A stretch of DNA of 64,000 bases from the NCBI RefSeq assembly GCF_009914755.1, contig NC_060929.1, one strand, 5' to 3'. Source of the DNA: the human T2T-CHM13v2.0 reference genome, Homo sapiens. The notes below the pieces were generated by a model. It had not been told where the DNA came from, made no database searches, and worked only from the letters and a program-made list of their open reading frames with translations. The translations under genes were made by a program, and so were the position numbers. Every line of letters starts with the position of its first letter. Position 1 is the stretch's first letter. This document shows, piece after piece, positions 1-16,743 of the stretch.

Positions 1-683
1 TGTCCGAAACATGCAATTGTGATGCAACTTTAAATAATTGTATTAGAAGAAAATAGTAAGTGTGTAATGGTAACCCTTCTATTCATTCTACGTGGCTTCA
101 GGATTAACAGCAATTTTAAAAAGAATCCTAAAGGAACTCTTTAATTTATTGCAATGTAAAGCTTTTTACTTTTTTAGTTTAGATATTTAGTTTATTTTGC
201 AAGATTTTATCTTAATATGATAATTGATATATGGTAGTATAAGATCAATATTACAAAGAGCATGTGTGCATTCTTCCCCATGCAGCATTCCAGGGAACTA
301 GAAGAGCCTGTAGAAAAGAATGATCACTGTTTTCCTGACAGCCTTTGTAGAGTAAGTCCCTGGCACAGGTCAAGTAAACACCTCTTATAGATCAGCCTGA
401 ACTTTTTAAAATGAAATCTGAGATCCATTGTACTTAGAAGGTATAAAAATGGCTACTCCCCTTTAAATTGGAACCTACTACTTGTGTGTATTAGAGGACT
501 CTGAACTGCTGTCAAATTGAATGCAGAAAACGAGGCATCTGCTCAGTGTTGAACATCTGAAGTCCTCGCGTGAGTGCACCTGCGTGCAGATGTCTGCTGG
601 TGTTTATTATGGCTGTGCTCTGTGATTACAGTGCACTGGCAAAGGGCTGTAGTGTACTGAACAATGATGCCTGTTTTTATTAG

Positions 684-899
684 GGTTCCTGAAGTGGTTC
701 AGGAGCTTCCATTAACTTCGCCTGTGGATGACTTCAGGCAGCCTCGTTACAGCAGCGGTGGTAACTTTGAGACACCTTCAAAAAGAGCACCTGCAAAGGG
801 AAGAGCAGGAAGGTCAAAGAGAACAGAGCAAGATCACTATGAGACAGACTACACAACTGGCGGCGAGTCCTGTGATGAGCTGGAGGAGGACTGGATCAG
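684..899 (+). CDS. OCLN: Occludin internal coding exon (probably exon 6), cytoplasmic C-terminal tail
   Basis: ttag|G acceptor and AG|gtaccg donor; 216 nt; encodes [72 protein letters not shown]. Upstream exons are outside the window, so the partial OCLN pseudogene copy cannot be fully excluded. Confidence 0.93.
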
Positions 900-2220
900 G
901 TACCGACTCAGCTCTCCTTTCCTGGCCCACGTGCTCCTTCTGATAATTAAAGGAGACCAACCAGGTGTTGGAGTTATTGCCTCCCAAATTGAGGTCACTG
1001 GTGTAATTTCATTCTTTGCCAACCAGGACTGGAGACAGTTTTTTGTGTGGTGTTGGCTGGTTTTTTCCTTAGCACCCTTTTGTGACAAAGTTTGAAGTGG
1101 AGAGAATGTTTGGCAGTAACCATGTCTTTGAACTTTGGCAGTAACCACTTTGAACTTTCCACAGTGTGGCTGGTGAACTTCACCAGTGCTCTTTCTTATA
1201 CCAATAGTCACGGAAGAAAGATGTCCTAGCACTTTGGGAGGCTAAGGCTAAGAGTTCAAGACCAGCCAGGCATAGTGGTGTGGGCCTGTAGTTCCAGCTA
1301 CTCGGGAGGCTGAGGCTGAGGCAGGAGGATTGCTTAAGCCCAGGAGTTCAAGGCTGCAGTGAGCTATAATTGCATCATTGCACCCCAGGCTGGGTGATAG
1401 AGCTAGACCCTATCTCAAAAAACAACCAAAGGCCTTTCAAATAAATAAAATCCAGGTATAGAAGAACTTTGTTTTACTAATTATAAAATTCCCAAACCAG
1501 TGCTATGGTTTTCCTTTGGCATTACTTTTTTTTTTTTTGAGACGGAGTCTTGCTCTGTCGCCCAGGCTGGAGTGCAATGGCACGATCTCGGCTCGGTGCA
1601 ACCTCTGCCTTCCGGGTTCAAGCAATTCCTGCCTCAGCCTACCAAGTAGCTGGGATTACAGGCGCCCACCACCATGCCCGGCTAATTATTGTATTTTTAG
1701 TAGAGACGGGTTTCACCATGTTGGCCAGGCTGATCTTGAAAATCCTGACCTCAGATGATCTCCCTGCCTCGGCCTCCCAAAGTGCTGGGATTACAGGAGT
1801 GAGCCACCGCGCCTGGCCGGCAATTATTTTTTAAATTAAGCTTAAAATGATAAGACGAGAGTTTCTTTTAAAGTTTAATCCAAAGAGTTCCGTAAACAAT
1901 TGAGGTAACAATTTAGTGTTCAGCCACAGTTGTGGTTAAGTTTCTTTGTGTTTTGGTGGTTTTGTTACAATCCATCCACCATCACCAAATGTATTTGTGT
2001 ATGATGTGTAGCCTTCCTATGCCCAAGTATTCTGAGGACTAAGACGCACATCAGAAACATTTGCAATGTGAATGGTAATCAAAACATCGCTTCTCAGAGA
2101 GTGAGGAATGATAGGCGGGGCATGGGTAGCTTGAGATCCCCTATTCACTGATGATTCTGATACTTTATCTTCCCCTCTCCCCTCAAGAGTTTTTGGCCTG
2201 GCTTAGCCATCTATCTGTAA

Positions 2221-2596
<376 letters not shown>

Positions 2597-3067
2597 TGAT
2601 CAAATCATTTAAATTTCTCCCCTCTGTAAAATGAAGATGTTAGATTGTTAGATCTAAAATTTGAAATTCCACATCATTGTGAAACTCCAGTCCTGTGAAA
2701 GGATTCAGAGTATTTTCTCTATGGATTATGGGTTAATGGCATCGTCTTCCTATGTAAGGAGTGGCTGGTATATTGAGAAATAGGTGTGATACAAAATTTC
2801 AGTTTTTCTTCTTTATACTTTAATGAATTGCCAGATTATTTTAACAGTGAGCACATGTTTTTATACATGTACATTTTTAATGTCTATTTTTATTGTGAAA
2901 GAAGTAGATAAGCTATTTCCACTTCGGAAAAACAAGAGCAAAAAAATAAATAAACCAGTCTGAAAACTATGGGTGGTAGCAGGAAACAGCCACTTCCAGT
3001 CAGCTGTGCTGCCACTGTGGTGATCAAAGCGGACTTTGTGTTCCAGAATTCCAGTTTTAAGACTTTA

Positions 3068-3381
<314 letters not shown>

Positions 3382-3712
3382 TTATAAACATAAGTAGTCC
3401 ATTATTGATATTGTGTATGGGAAATAAGTGAGTTCCTATGACTTGTACCTTCAATTTTGTAAATGATTTTCAAAATTATTTCTGCAAATTACGTAGGCAT
3501 AGTTTTTATTTTTTAAAAAATGAGCAGTAATATATAGTCACTCTTAATAGAACTTATTTGTATTCTCTCTCTCTTTCCCCATAAGAAACAAAAACGAAAC
3601 AAGAAAATGTCATTCTCCATACCCAACCAGCTTTATTATCTTTGAGGAAGGAGCATTGAATTTTATGTCTGCTAAGGATACATATGTAGTCATTTTCTCT
3701 CTCACCTTTTAG

Positions 3713-3884
3713 GGAATATCCACCTATCACTTCAGATCAACAAAGACAACTGTACAAGAGGAATTTTGACACTGGCCTACAGGAATACAAGAGCTTACAA
3801 TCAGAACTTGATGAGATCAATAAAGAACTCTCCCGTTTGGATAAAGAATTGGATGACTATAGAGAAGAAAGTGAAGAGTACATG
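3713..3884 (+). CDS. OCLN: Occludin coding exon (start of occludin/ELL coiled-coil domain)
   Basis: AG/GT flanks; 172 nt; in frame with the previous exon: [57 protein letters not shown]. Confidence 0.95.
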
Positions 3885-4073
3885 GTAAATTCAACCTGAT
3901 ATTTATATATTAAACAGAATTTGAATCTAATCTGTGGAGGTACAGCATCCTTTATATTAATGTTGATAAAAATGTGCTAGTAGTTATCAAACTGCAGTTT
4001 CATTGAAGAATAGTTGAGATTGGGTTTTGGATGAAATTCTTTCCTAATAGAAGATTGTACTAATGTATAATAG

Positions 4074-4402
<329 letters not shown>

Positions 4403-4830
4403 CCTACAAAGCACTATTCTATGTACATCTATCCTTTCCTATTTAAAATAAAATAGCCAGGCTGGGCATGGTGGCTCATGGCTATAATCCCCACACTTTG
4501 GGAGGCCAAGGCAAGTGGATCACCTGAGGTCAGGAGTTAGAGAATAGCGTGCCTAACATGGTGAAACCCCATCTCTACTAAAAATACAAAAAATAGCAGG
4601 GCATGGTGGCAGACACCTGTAATCCCAGCTACTCGGGGAGGCTGAGACAGGAGAATTGCTTGAACCTGGGATGGGGGAGGTTGCAGTGAGCCAAGATTGC
4701 GCCATTGCACTCCAGCCTGGGCGACAGAGTGAGACTCCATCTCAAAAATTAATAATAATAATAATAAAATAGCCTTATTATCTTTCCTATTTATAAAGCC
4801 ATTCATTCTTTCTGTAGAAAAGAACTTAAG

Positions 4831-5226
<396 letters not shown>

Positions 5227-5970
5227 TTAGTTAAAACAATCTCTCCAAGCAGGAGTCACCAAGGCACATACACCTTTCTTTAAGGAAACATCATCTTCCA
5301 TGTTTCACTTATTTTCTTCCTGTCTTTTAAATCAACAGTTTATGGGTTTTTTTTTTCCCTCCCTTGATCACCTGGCTGAGATAGAATTTGTCCATGTAAA
5401 GTTACTGGATTTTTTTTTCAATCCATCCTTTTCATACTGTATTTTGTATACATACTGAAATTAATGTAGTTACACCACCTTTTAGAGGGAGATTAATCTC
5501 TTCTTGTTTATTTGTTCCTTTATTGATCAGTCAATCACTTACGTAAGTATGGACTTTACAGATACCTGTTTTATACTGTGAATTATAATCCAAGGCTGCT
5601 TTATTTTGTAGCTCTAATTGTTCTCGCTTTGACGGTTGGGAACTTTCAGTTGCTTCCCGTGTCCCTTTGACATACTCTTATTGTGGGGTTTTATCTTTAA
5701 AAAAAAAACAAACAAAAAAACTTCCTTGCACTGCTTATTTCTGGCTTTTCTTAACAGCAAGTTTTTTTTTTTATATCAATAATAAAGACCTACTTACTTT
5801 TAAGTTTTTTATGTGTAAAATTAGGTAAACAACTTTCAAATTTATGGTTGTATCATAATTTAAGAGTCATTTTCTATGGATAGACATTTAAGTATGTCTC
5901 CCCCTACTCCAGTAGTACCAGTATATACTGGTGAACCTCTCTGTTTTTGCACTCTTGTCTACTTATCTAA

Positions 5971-6132
<162 letters not shown>

Positions 6133-7324
6133 TGACTAATTTTTGTATTTTTAGTAGAGACGGGGTTTTGCCATGTTGGTCAGGCTAGCCTCGAACTCCT
6201 GACCTCAGGTGATCTGCCTGCCTTGGCCTCCCAAAGTGCTGGAATTACGTGTGTGAGCCACAGTGCCCAGCCTGCTTATCTAACTAAAACTAATTCCAGA
6301 ATGTGAAATTGCTGAGAGTCAGAGGGTACGTACCTTTGCAAAGTTGCAAAATTGCCCTCCAGAGAGACTGCACCAACTGTGTCTCCCTCTTGATACAATA
6401 CAGGACTCATTTGATGCACATCTCATTAAATATTCTGCCATTTTTCAGTTGAGGTGATCTACTTTTTAGTTTTGACGTATTCACATCTTTATATAGTTAG
6501 ATTTATGTATTTCTTTTATGGTTTCTATAGGGTGTTATAGATCTTTCTTAATTTAGTGAACATTTATTGATCACTTATTTTTCTTTGATGATGTGGAAAT
6601 GCTGGAGCTAGAGACATAAAATCTTGTCCCCACCCTAAAAGAGCTTATATTTTAAGAAAAAAAACCTGACATCTAAACAATTTAGACAGTATGATTAATG
6701 CTGTATTTGCATCATGTGTAGAAAGCACTATAACTAACTGCTCATAGAAGAAATAAAGTCTTTGGAGGCTTCACAGTGAGGGAATCGTTAAGAGCTTTCC
6801 AGACAGAAGGGTGCGGGGAGGTGCATGATTACAGCCATAAGGAAAACATGATTGAAATCCTGAAGCATTTAACATGTCTCAGTTTTTAAAGGAGTTGCTG
6901 ATGATGGGTACTGAGACTGGAAAGGTAGGAAACTGGATGAGGGGAGAAGTTAATGGGAAGCTCAGACCAGTTGTGTAGTGGGATATTACCTGATCAGCGA
7001 GCGCTCTGTGTTATAAAAGATCTTCCTGGTGTCAATGTAGCATGGGGACTGGCATGAGGAGAGATGAGAAGTAGCAGAACAGATAGTTACCTGCCTATGT
7101 GAGTGAAATGTGAAAGATACAGTATCATAAATGTCTCTTCACTGAATTCCTTCAGACCTTCCTGCTGATCATGAGTTTTAAGAGCTTTACGACTTCATTC
7201 TTTTAATTGCTTATATTTTTGTCATAAGCTGTCATTTTTAGCTCCAAAGTATAACATCAGGAATGTTACTTTTAAAAGAGAAAATGCCCCAGTAAACATA
7301 TTCCTTTGTGTCTGTCGTTAATAG

Positions 7325-7366
7325 GCTGCTGCTGATGAATACAATAGACTGAAGCAAGTGAAGGGA
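7325..7366 (+). CDS. OCLN: Occludin 42-nt coding exon
   Basis: atag|GCT...GGA|gtaagt; AAADEYNRLKQVKG. Confidence 0.95.
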
Positions 7367-7811
7367 GTAAGTATCCGAGATTGTTCTTTTAGGAAGAACT
7401 TTCTTTCTTCTTCTTTTTATTTTAATTCCCATACCTACTCATCTGGAGGAAGAGCTTTTCTATTACATGTTTTTCATTTTTTATTTTATATATTTTTTAA
7501 AAGTTGAAGTATACATACAGAAAAGTGTATAAATCAAAGTGTATAACATGGTGAATTTTCACAATGTGACCACATACCTGCGTATGCAGATCAAGAAATA
7601 TATTTCCCAGTACCTCCCCACCCCCAGCACCCCCACCCTCACTTGTACTACTTTCCAGTGTTTACACTCTCTCCAGAGGGGTCCATCATGCTCACTTCTA
7701 ACATCATAGAGTTTTGTCTATCTTGCACATTACATAAATGGAACCACACAGTATGTATTTTGTGTGTGATTTCTTTTGCTCAGTATAGTGTTTGTAAGGG
7801 TCCATTTGTAG

Positions 7812-8423
<612 letters not shown>

Positions 8424-9350
8424 TAATTTTTATTGCTTTGTAGTGTTGTATATAAAATGCAACTTTATTCATCCATTCTATTGTCAATGAACGTTTGGGT
8501 TGTTCCCAATTTTTGGCATTTAAAAATATTGCAGCTTCATACATATTTGTAAATGTTTGAGCGTAGAAGTGATGGGCATTTGTCTATCCAGCCTTAGTAG
8601 ATACTGTCAAATGGCCTTCCAAAGTACTTGTACCAGTTTACATTCCCACCAACCACTACAGACTCCTGTTGCCCTATATCCTTGCTAACACTTGGCATGA
8701 CAGTCATTATTGACTTAAAACATTAAAAAAAAATTATATTAAAATTTTTGTAAATTACTTATCCAGGTGCTGTGGTTACATGCCTGTAGTCCTAGCTACT
8801 AGGGAGACTGAGGCAAAAGGATCCCTTGAACCCAGGAGTTCAAAGCTGCAGGGAGCTATAATTGTACCACTTCACTCCAGCCTGGGCAATAGGATGAGAC
8901 CCTTTCTAAAATAAGAAAAAAAAATTATAAATTACAGGCATCATGATTTGAAATAAGAGTTTAAAGGGTATACAGTAAAATTTCCCATCTCTCTTATCCC
9001 CTATTCAGCTTCCCTTTCCCCAGTCAAATGAGATCACCAGTCTCTTGTTTTACTTACAGTTTTAGATGATGTGTTAGCAAAAAGGCTGGTAAGTTTTCTT
9101 GGTCATTTTACAGATTTTTAGAAATGAGGGTATCCTTTGGAAAAACCCAGGTTAGAAGACAGAACTGAGCAAATAGAATCAGCTGCCTGTGTGGTTAGTG
9201 ATACTGCCAGGCACCTTGCGTATTTTACTTCAATTAACACTCCCAGCAATTCTCTTGACTAAATATTCCATTTCTGTGTTCAATTCTGCCTTCCCAGCAG
9301 ACCTGTTTTCATTTTGTTGAATTTATGTGATTCATTTTCTCCCTTTTTAG

Positions 9351-9452
9351 TCTGCAGATTACAAAAGTAAGAAGAATCATTGCAAGCAGTTAAAGAGCAA
9401 ATTGTCACACATCAAGAAGATGGTTGGAGACTATGATAGACAGAAAACATAG
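9351..9452 (+). CDS. OCLN: Occludin last coding exon
   Basis: Polypyrimidine tract and AG; [33 protein letters not shown] followed by TAG. Confidence 0.95.
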
Positions 9453-9590
9453 AAGGCTGATGCCAAGTTGTTTGAGAAATTAAGTATCTGACATCTCTGC
9501 AATCTTCTCAGAAGGCAAATGACTTTGGACCATAACCCCGGAAGCCAAACCTCTGTGAGCATCACAAAGTTTTGGTTGCTTTAACATCAT

Positions 9591-9700
9591 CAGTATTGAA
9601 GCATTTTATAAATCGCTTTTGATAATCAACTGGGCTGAACACTCCAATTAAGGATTTTATGCTTTAAACATTGGTTCTTGTATTAAGAATGAAATACTGT
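9591..9700 (+). promoter_or_regulatory. miRNA seed-match cluster in the proximal OCLN 3' UTR
   Basis: CAGTATT 9591-9597 (miR-200bc/429), ACACTCCA 9639-9646 (miR-122 8mer), ATACTGT 9694-9700 (miR-144). Confidence 0.6.
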
Positions 9701-10721
9701 TTGAGGTTTTTAAGCCTTAAAGGAAGGTTCTGGTGTGAACTAAACTTTCACACCCCAGACGATGTCTTCATACCTACATGTATTTGTTTGCATAGGTGAT
9801 CTCATTTAATCCTCTCAACCACCTTTCAGATAACTGTTATTTATAATCACTTTTTTCCACATAAGGAAACTGGGTTCCTGCAATGAAGTCTCTGAAGTGA
9901 AACTGCTTGTTTCCTAGCACACACTTTTGGTTAAGTCTGTTTTATGACTTCATTAATAATAAATTCCCTGGCCTTTCATATTTTAGCTACTATATATGTG
10001 ATGATCTACCAGCCTCCCTATTTTTTTTCTGTTATATAAATGGTTAAAAGAGGTTTTTCTTAAATAATAAAGATCATGTAAAAGTAACAAATGTGTGAAA
10101 TTTAAAGATTGTAAATATATATTTACTTTTTTAAGATCAAAGTTTAAACCCCGTGGTTAGAATTTTGTGTGTTTTTAAATACTTTTTATCTTTTTGCATG
10201 CCTTTTTTAAAAAACCAACTAGAACTTTTCATTATATCAGAATATCTGATTACATTTATAATTCAATTGTGACTTGAACTGTATCTTACAGGAATGTTCA
10301 ATTTCTATACATATTTTATAAGGTATTAAACCTGGTGTTTTCTTTCCATAATAACCTGTTTGATGTTATTAGTGCTGTTAACATACAGCAATGGAAAACC
10401 ACACTCAGGAGTTGTATCTGTTGTTGTTTATACTCCTTTGGATGCTGTGCTGGTTAGTCGTTTCCCATTCCTTTGGCTGTAAGAATGCTGATATGTCTGG
10501 GAATAGAATGCTATACCACGAAATACCAAATAATTTCAAATGGTGCCCTTAAATTGTATCACTTTTTTAAAAATTCAGATTCTTATTAGTAAAATTAGTT
10601 GATAGCACTGTGCTGACCAAGTTGATTGTGATCATCCCAGCTTAGACTTTTCTAAAAACTTTTTTTTAGAATAATCTATAAACTGAACTTTAGTATGCAT
10701 TTCAGATATTTAGGTATATAA

Positions 10722-11362
<641 letters not shown>

Positions 11363-14300
11363 TGATTTTGAATTATTTTCCAGAGATAAAATTTTAAATG
11401 TTTCCATTATATCACTGATTTATTTCTGCAAATTGAATAAATTCTTAATTTTCTGCATGCACATAATACAAAAGGTATTTTCATAGTTTTGGATTTATAC
11501 CAAATGAAAAGGATTCTCTTGATGAGCACCTTTAACTGATTTTTCTGTTAAAGTTTTAACAATTTGTTCTTGGAAGTCAGTTCGTGAAGGCAAGTTTGTC
11601 AGTATTTTCACAAAACTATTCAGCTGAATCCAGAAAGTGAAACAGCAAGAATTTGCATTGTAAAATTGTGTTATAAAATTGGACTTTGAAATTTCAAAAA
11701 TAAGAAAAATTTTCATGTGTATTTATACTAAATACCGTTTTAGGAAACTAGGATCAGGGTGTTTCTGTTGGCGTTGGCATTAACTAGCTGGATGTAAATT
11801 TGAAAAGCCACTCAAGCAGCTTCCTAGTCTAGAAAGTCAGAGGTTTAGATTAGATTTCCGACATCCCTTCCATTTCTGACCTGTAGTTCTTGTCTGGAAT
11901 TCTGCTTTGTTATAAACTATTGTTCTAAGGAGTTTGTTGTGATAGCACATAGTTCATTTTGTAAAGATTCCCTGCGTATAAAGTGATGCCCTACATATGT
12001 GATTTTGTATTAAAAGTATATAGGATCATTATTTTATTTTGAAAAATTTAAATACAGAAAAGTATAAAATATAAGTACCATCCGCCCAGAAATAACATGT
12101 GTTAATGTTTTGTCATATGTGCTTTATATTTTTTGAAATAAAGTGAAGTCAACTAGTATTTATAGTAAATAAGTTACATACACATAAGTACATATATGAT
12201 ATTTAATCCTCACAACGATCTTTTGACATGTGACCATTTCTTATTCTTCTTTTATAGACAAGGAACTAATGATATGATAGATTAACTGGCTGTTGTCACA
12301 CTAGCAAGTGGCAAAACAAGGGATTAGGATCTTAGTCTCTTCAACTGTTAGATTCTATACTTCCATCCTGTGTTGACTTTGTTAATGGATTGGATAATGT
12401 GAGATCACTCTGATGTAAATAAAGTATCCTATATTAATTTCGAGTGCATTTTAAGTACTTGTAACATAAATGCTTCCTGTGAAACATCTGTAAAGACCTG
12501 AATGGGTACATGTGTGTAAAGAAGAATCAGGGCAGAAAAGTGCTTTTATCATGGCTCCGGGGACCTTAGCTTCAGTTGGTGTTGTGAGAATTCCTCACAC
12601 AAGGACATTCTCCTTGCTTCAGCATCAGGATGGAAGTGTTTCTCATCTGGACTTTTTCAAAGACTCAGCTGGAGGAATCAGAATTCATAATTTCCTGGCA
12701 GCTCATGATTCTGCTACACTACACCATGCCATCTCTTGTGTGAAAGGACAGATTTGATGGAGGACTATGTCATCCCTCATGCGTTTCTTATTGTCTACAT
12801 TTATTCTAATGGGAAGAAGTGAGCAAAAACACCTCAATAATTTGGGTAGTTTTTAGAAAACCTTGTTAGTAAATTAGAATAGTGCCACTTTGGCATTATG
12901 AGAAAGAAGCATGGATACATAACTAGGGTTTTGTGTATGACTACAACGAAATGCAGAATGGTGTCTCCAAAAGGTTTCCAATTGCTGCCACAAGAACTGC
13001 TTGGTATTGCCTACATGTGTTGTCCTATTTTTGCTTTGCCCTTCTGCAGTTACTTGCTGTGGGACCTTGGAGAAATTAACTTAGCCTCTCTGTACTTCAG
13101 TTTTTTGTATTTGTAAAATATATTTGTAATAATCTCATAGTTAAGAAGGTAGTTAATGTGTGACTCAGTCCTTGTCTAAAAGTAAATATGCCTAGCTACC
13201 CCCATCTTCCAAAGCCAGAAGGTGAAACTTTAACAAGTTTTCTAAAAGCAAATTGTGTTTTTTAAAAGTGCATGTGTCATCCAATCCCATATGATTGATC
13301 TGTGCTGGGTGCAGCCTTAGAATGTAAATTCTTTTGAATTCTAGGCAGAGAATGCAGGATTGGCATTCTAAATATTTGTACATGATAAACAAATGCTTCT
13401 TTAGGTTAGAGCAAATAGTTTACTTATCAAGATCACAATTGTTAGATACTGTTGTCAATTACAGAGGTTTTAGATGAGGCTTTCTGGAATGATTTAGTTT
13501 CCCTGTAAGGGAGCCTGTCTATTGGAATAGACAGGTTCACTTCTCCCAGTCTTTCAAGTTGCATGCTTTTTATATCTGATTCCACTGGCTGAGCTGATTG
13601 TGAATGTCCTAACCCTGTTGATTGTGTCTGGCCACTCATGGGCAAAGAACAGATTATCCATTCTTTATAGTTGTCTTTTAGTTTTACAAGTTGAAAAAAC
13701 ATCTGAGTAGGTTAGATAATTTATTCTACCACTTTGTAAATGATTAGAATATGTCAGTCATAATCATGCCAAGAGATTATGGATTTATGCATATTTTGTT
13801 TTGCTGTAGTACCATTCCTAGTTGAATTTTAACATCCATGTCTAAAATCTATACAGAACAAATATTACAGTTGGGAAAACTGTTTCAGTCTCCTCTCTTC
13901 GCAAATATGCTTTATATTTATTGGGGAGTCCTCTATCTTTTTCCTGGTTTTCCTTAAAGCCTTCCCAGGCTGATGGATAACAAACATATGAAAGAAACTT
14001 GGGGCTTGGGATTCCTCTAGGCTGTTTGTCCTAGAGGAATGCATCCCGTCTTGCAAATAGGATGGTCAATTAAGATGGAAGGAAGCAAAAGTGTGGATAG
14101 GAAGGAAGGGCACAAAAGGAAAAGTGTGGAATTTGTGTGTGAGTCCTCTAATGAGGTCAAAGGTGGGAGGGAGGCAAGCATGGAAGCTTCCTGGCACTGC
14201 GATACTAATTTCCCCTCCTCTCCCTTTTAAAATCCTGTCTTCTGGGAGGAAATGAGACTGATTATGGAGTTCCCACTAAGCCCTGCAGGGTTGGTGGAGA

Positions 14301-14589
14301 CAACCCCATTTTACACATTAGTTCATAGACTTGGGTTGTGACTTGCTTGAGGTCACCCAGCCAGTGTGTCAGAGCCTGATTTTAAATCCAGGGCTGTTCT
14401 TTCCACTGCTATGCAAGATACCTTCTGTTTATATTTTTGAGGGAGACAACAGAGATGGGAAAAATTTTTAACAATAAAATAAAGGCAATGGAGGGGATGA
14501 GTATGCTGATGGGGAAGGAAAGAGGCCCTAGCTTCTGCAGTTCCTTTGTGTTATTCCTAACCCTTTTCTCATCTGGGGGTGCACTGCCT

Positions 14590-15605
<1,016 letters not shown>

Positions 15606-15714
15606 ACAGCAAGAGCAATGGAGGAGTCCTGAAATACACAGCAAGAAGCAAGGATAATTCTGGCTTTACTTCTGTGGCCAGGGTCCTTCATCCCAACCTT
15701 TTAGAAGTAGAAAG

Positions 15715-16300
15715 ACAAGATCGAGCTCCTCAGAACCCAGGTCGATGGCTGCAGAGCCTTCGACCTTCCGAGAGCGAATGGCGATCACTCTTTCCGGTTC
15801 TCTGCGAATTCCAGCTGGAACACCGTCCCTTTCCGCGCCCCAACTCAGCGGAGGCCATGCCCTGCACCTGAGCGCCCCGCTCCGGCAGCTGCACTCTGCA
15901 GCATCCGGAACGTTTCGGCGTGGCCGCAGGGCGCGGCGGAATGACTTCCGGGGCGCCCCTAAAGCGGCGGAGAGGAGTGTCGGGCTGAGTTTCCGGCTGA
16001 GAATCCTTCTAGCGGCGCCGGTGAGTCCGCGTGTGGAAGTCTGTGAGGCGCAGAGGTGGGGCAGGCTGTCTGACTAGCTAGGCGGCTGGGAGCGTTTTCG
16101 TGGCGGGGAACGGAGGTTGAATTGCCCTGCCTGGGCTCATAGGGAAGGAGGATGTGAAGGAGCTTGTGAAGGCAGAGGAAGGTAACTTTCGTCTGGGGAG
16201 CCGCAGAGTAGGGAGGGAAGCTGCAGGCCGTCTCTCCCTAAGTAAAAGCGCGACTTTTAGAAATGATGGTTCAGGGTTCGAGTTTGTGACCCGCTTGAGA
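15715..16300 (+). promoter_or_regulatory. GTF2H2C: CpG-rich promoter of the GTF2H2-family gene
   Basis: The main non-repeat CpG-dense stretch of the window; several ETS cores (CCGGAA 15905, CGGAA 15937, ACTTCCGG 15944, TTTCCGG 15990). Confidence 0.85.
15960..16181 (+). other. GTF2H2C: Non-coding first exon(s) with two alternative donors; start approximate
   Basis: CCG|gtgagt after 16020 and AAG|gtaact after 16181; the next acceptor is acag|ATT at 20877. Confidence 0.7.
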
Positions 16301-16536
16301 AAGTGACCAACCTCTGAGCCTGAATCCCATACCTGAAAAACAAGGACAGTAATCACCCTTGCCAGTTTCACATAGCTTGGTAAGGTGTGAAGAAAAGCTT
16401 CTTAAATTGGGATGTTTGGTGCTCTCATTTGTTGGCAGATAGCATTCCGAGCTCATGTAACGGGAATCACACCAGTAGGCTTATGCTGAGGAACGTGGAT
16501 TGTTTGGGGTTGGATTCCAGGAAACAGATCACTTAA

Positions 16537-16743
<207 letters not shown>

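Noticed and set aside
1995-2162. ATGATG...CTGA motifs suggesting a C/D-box snoRNA in an OCLN intron
   Set aside because: Imperfect C boxes, no convincing terminal stem and no recognisable guide sequence
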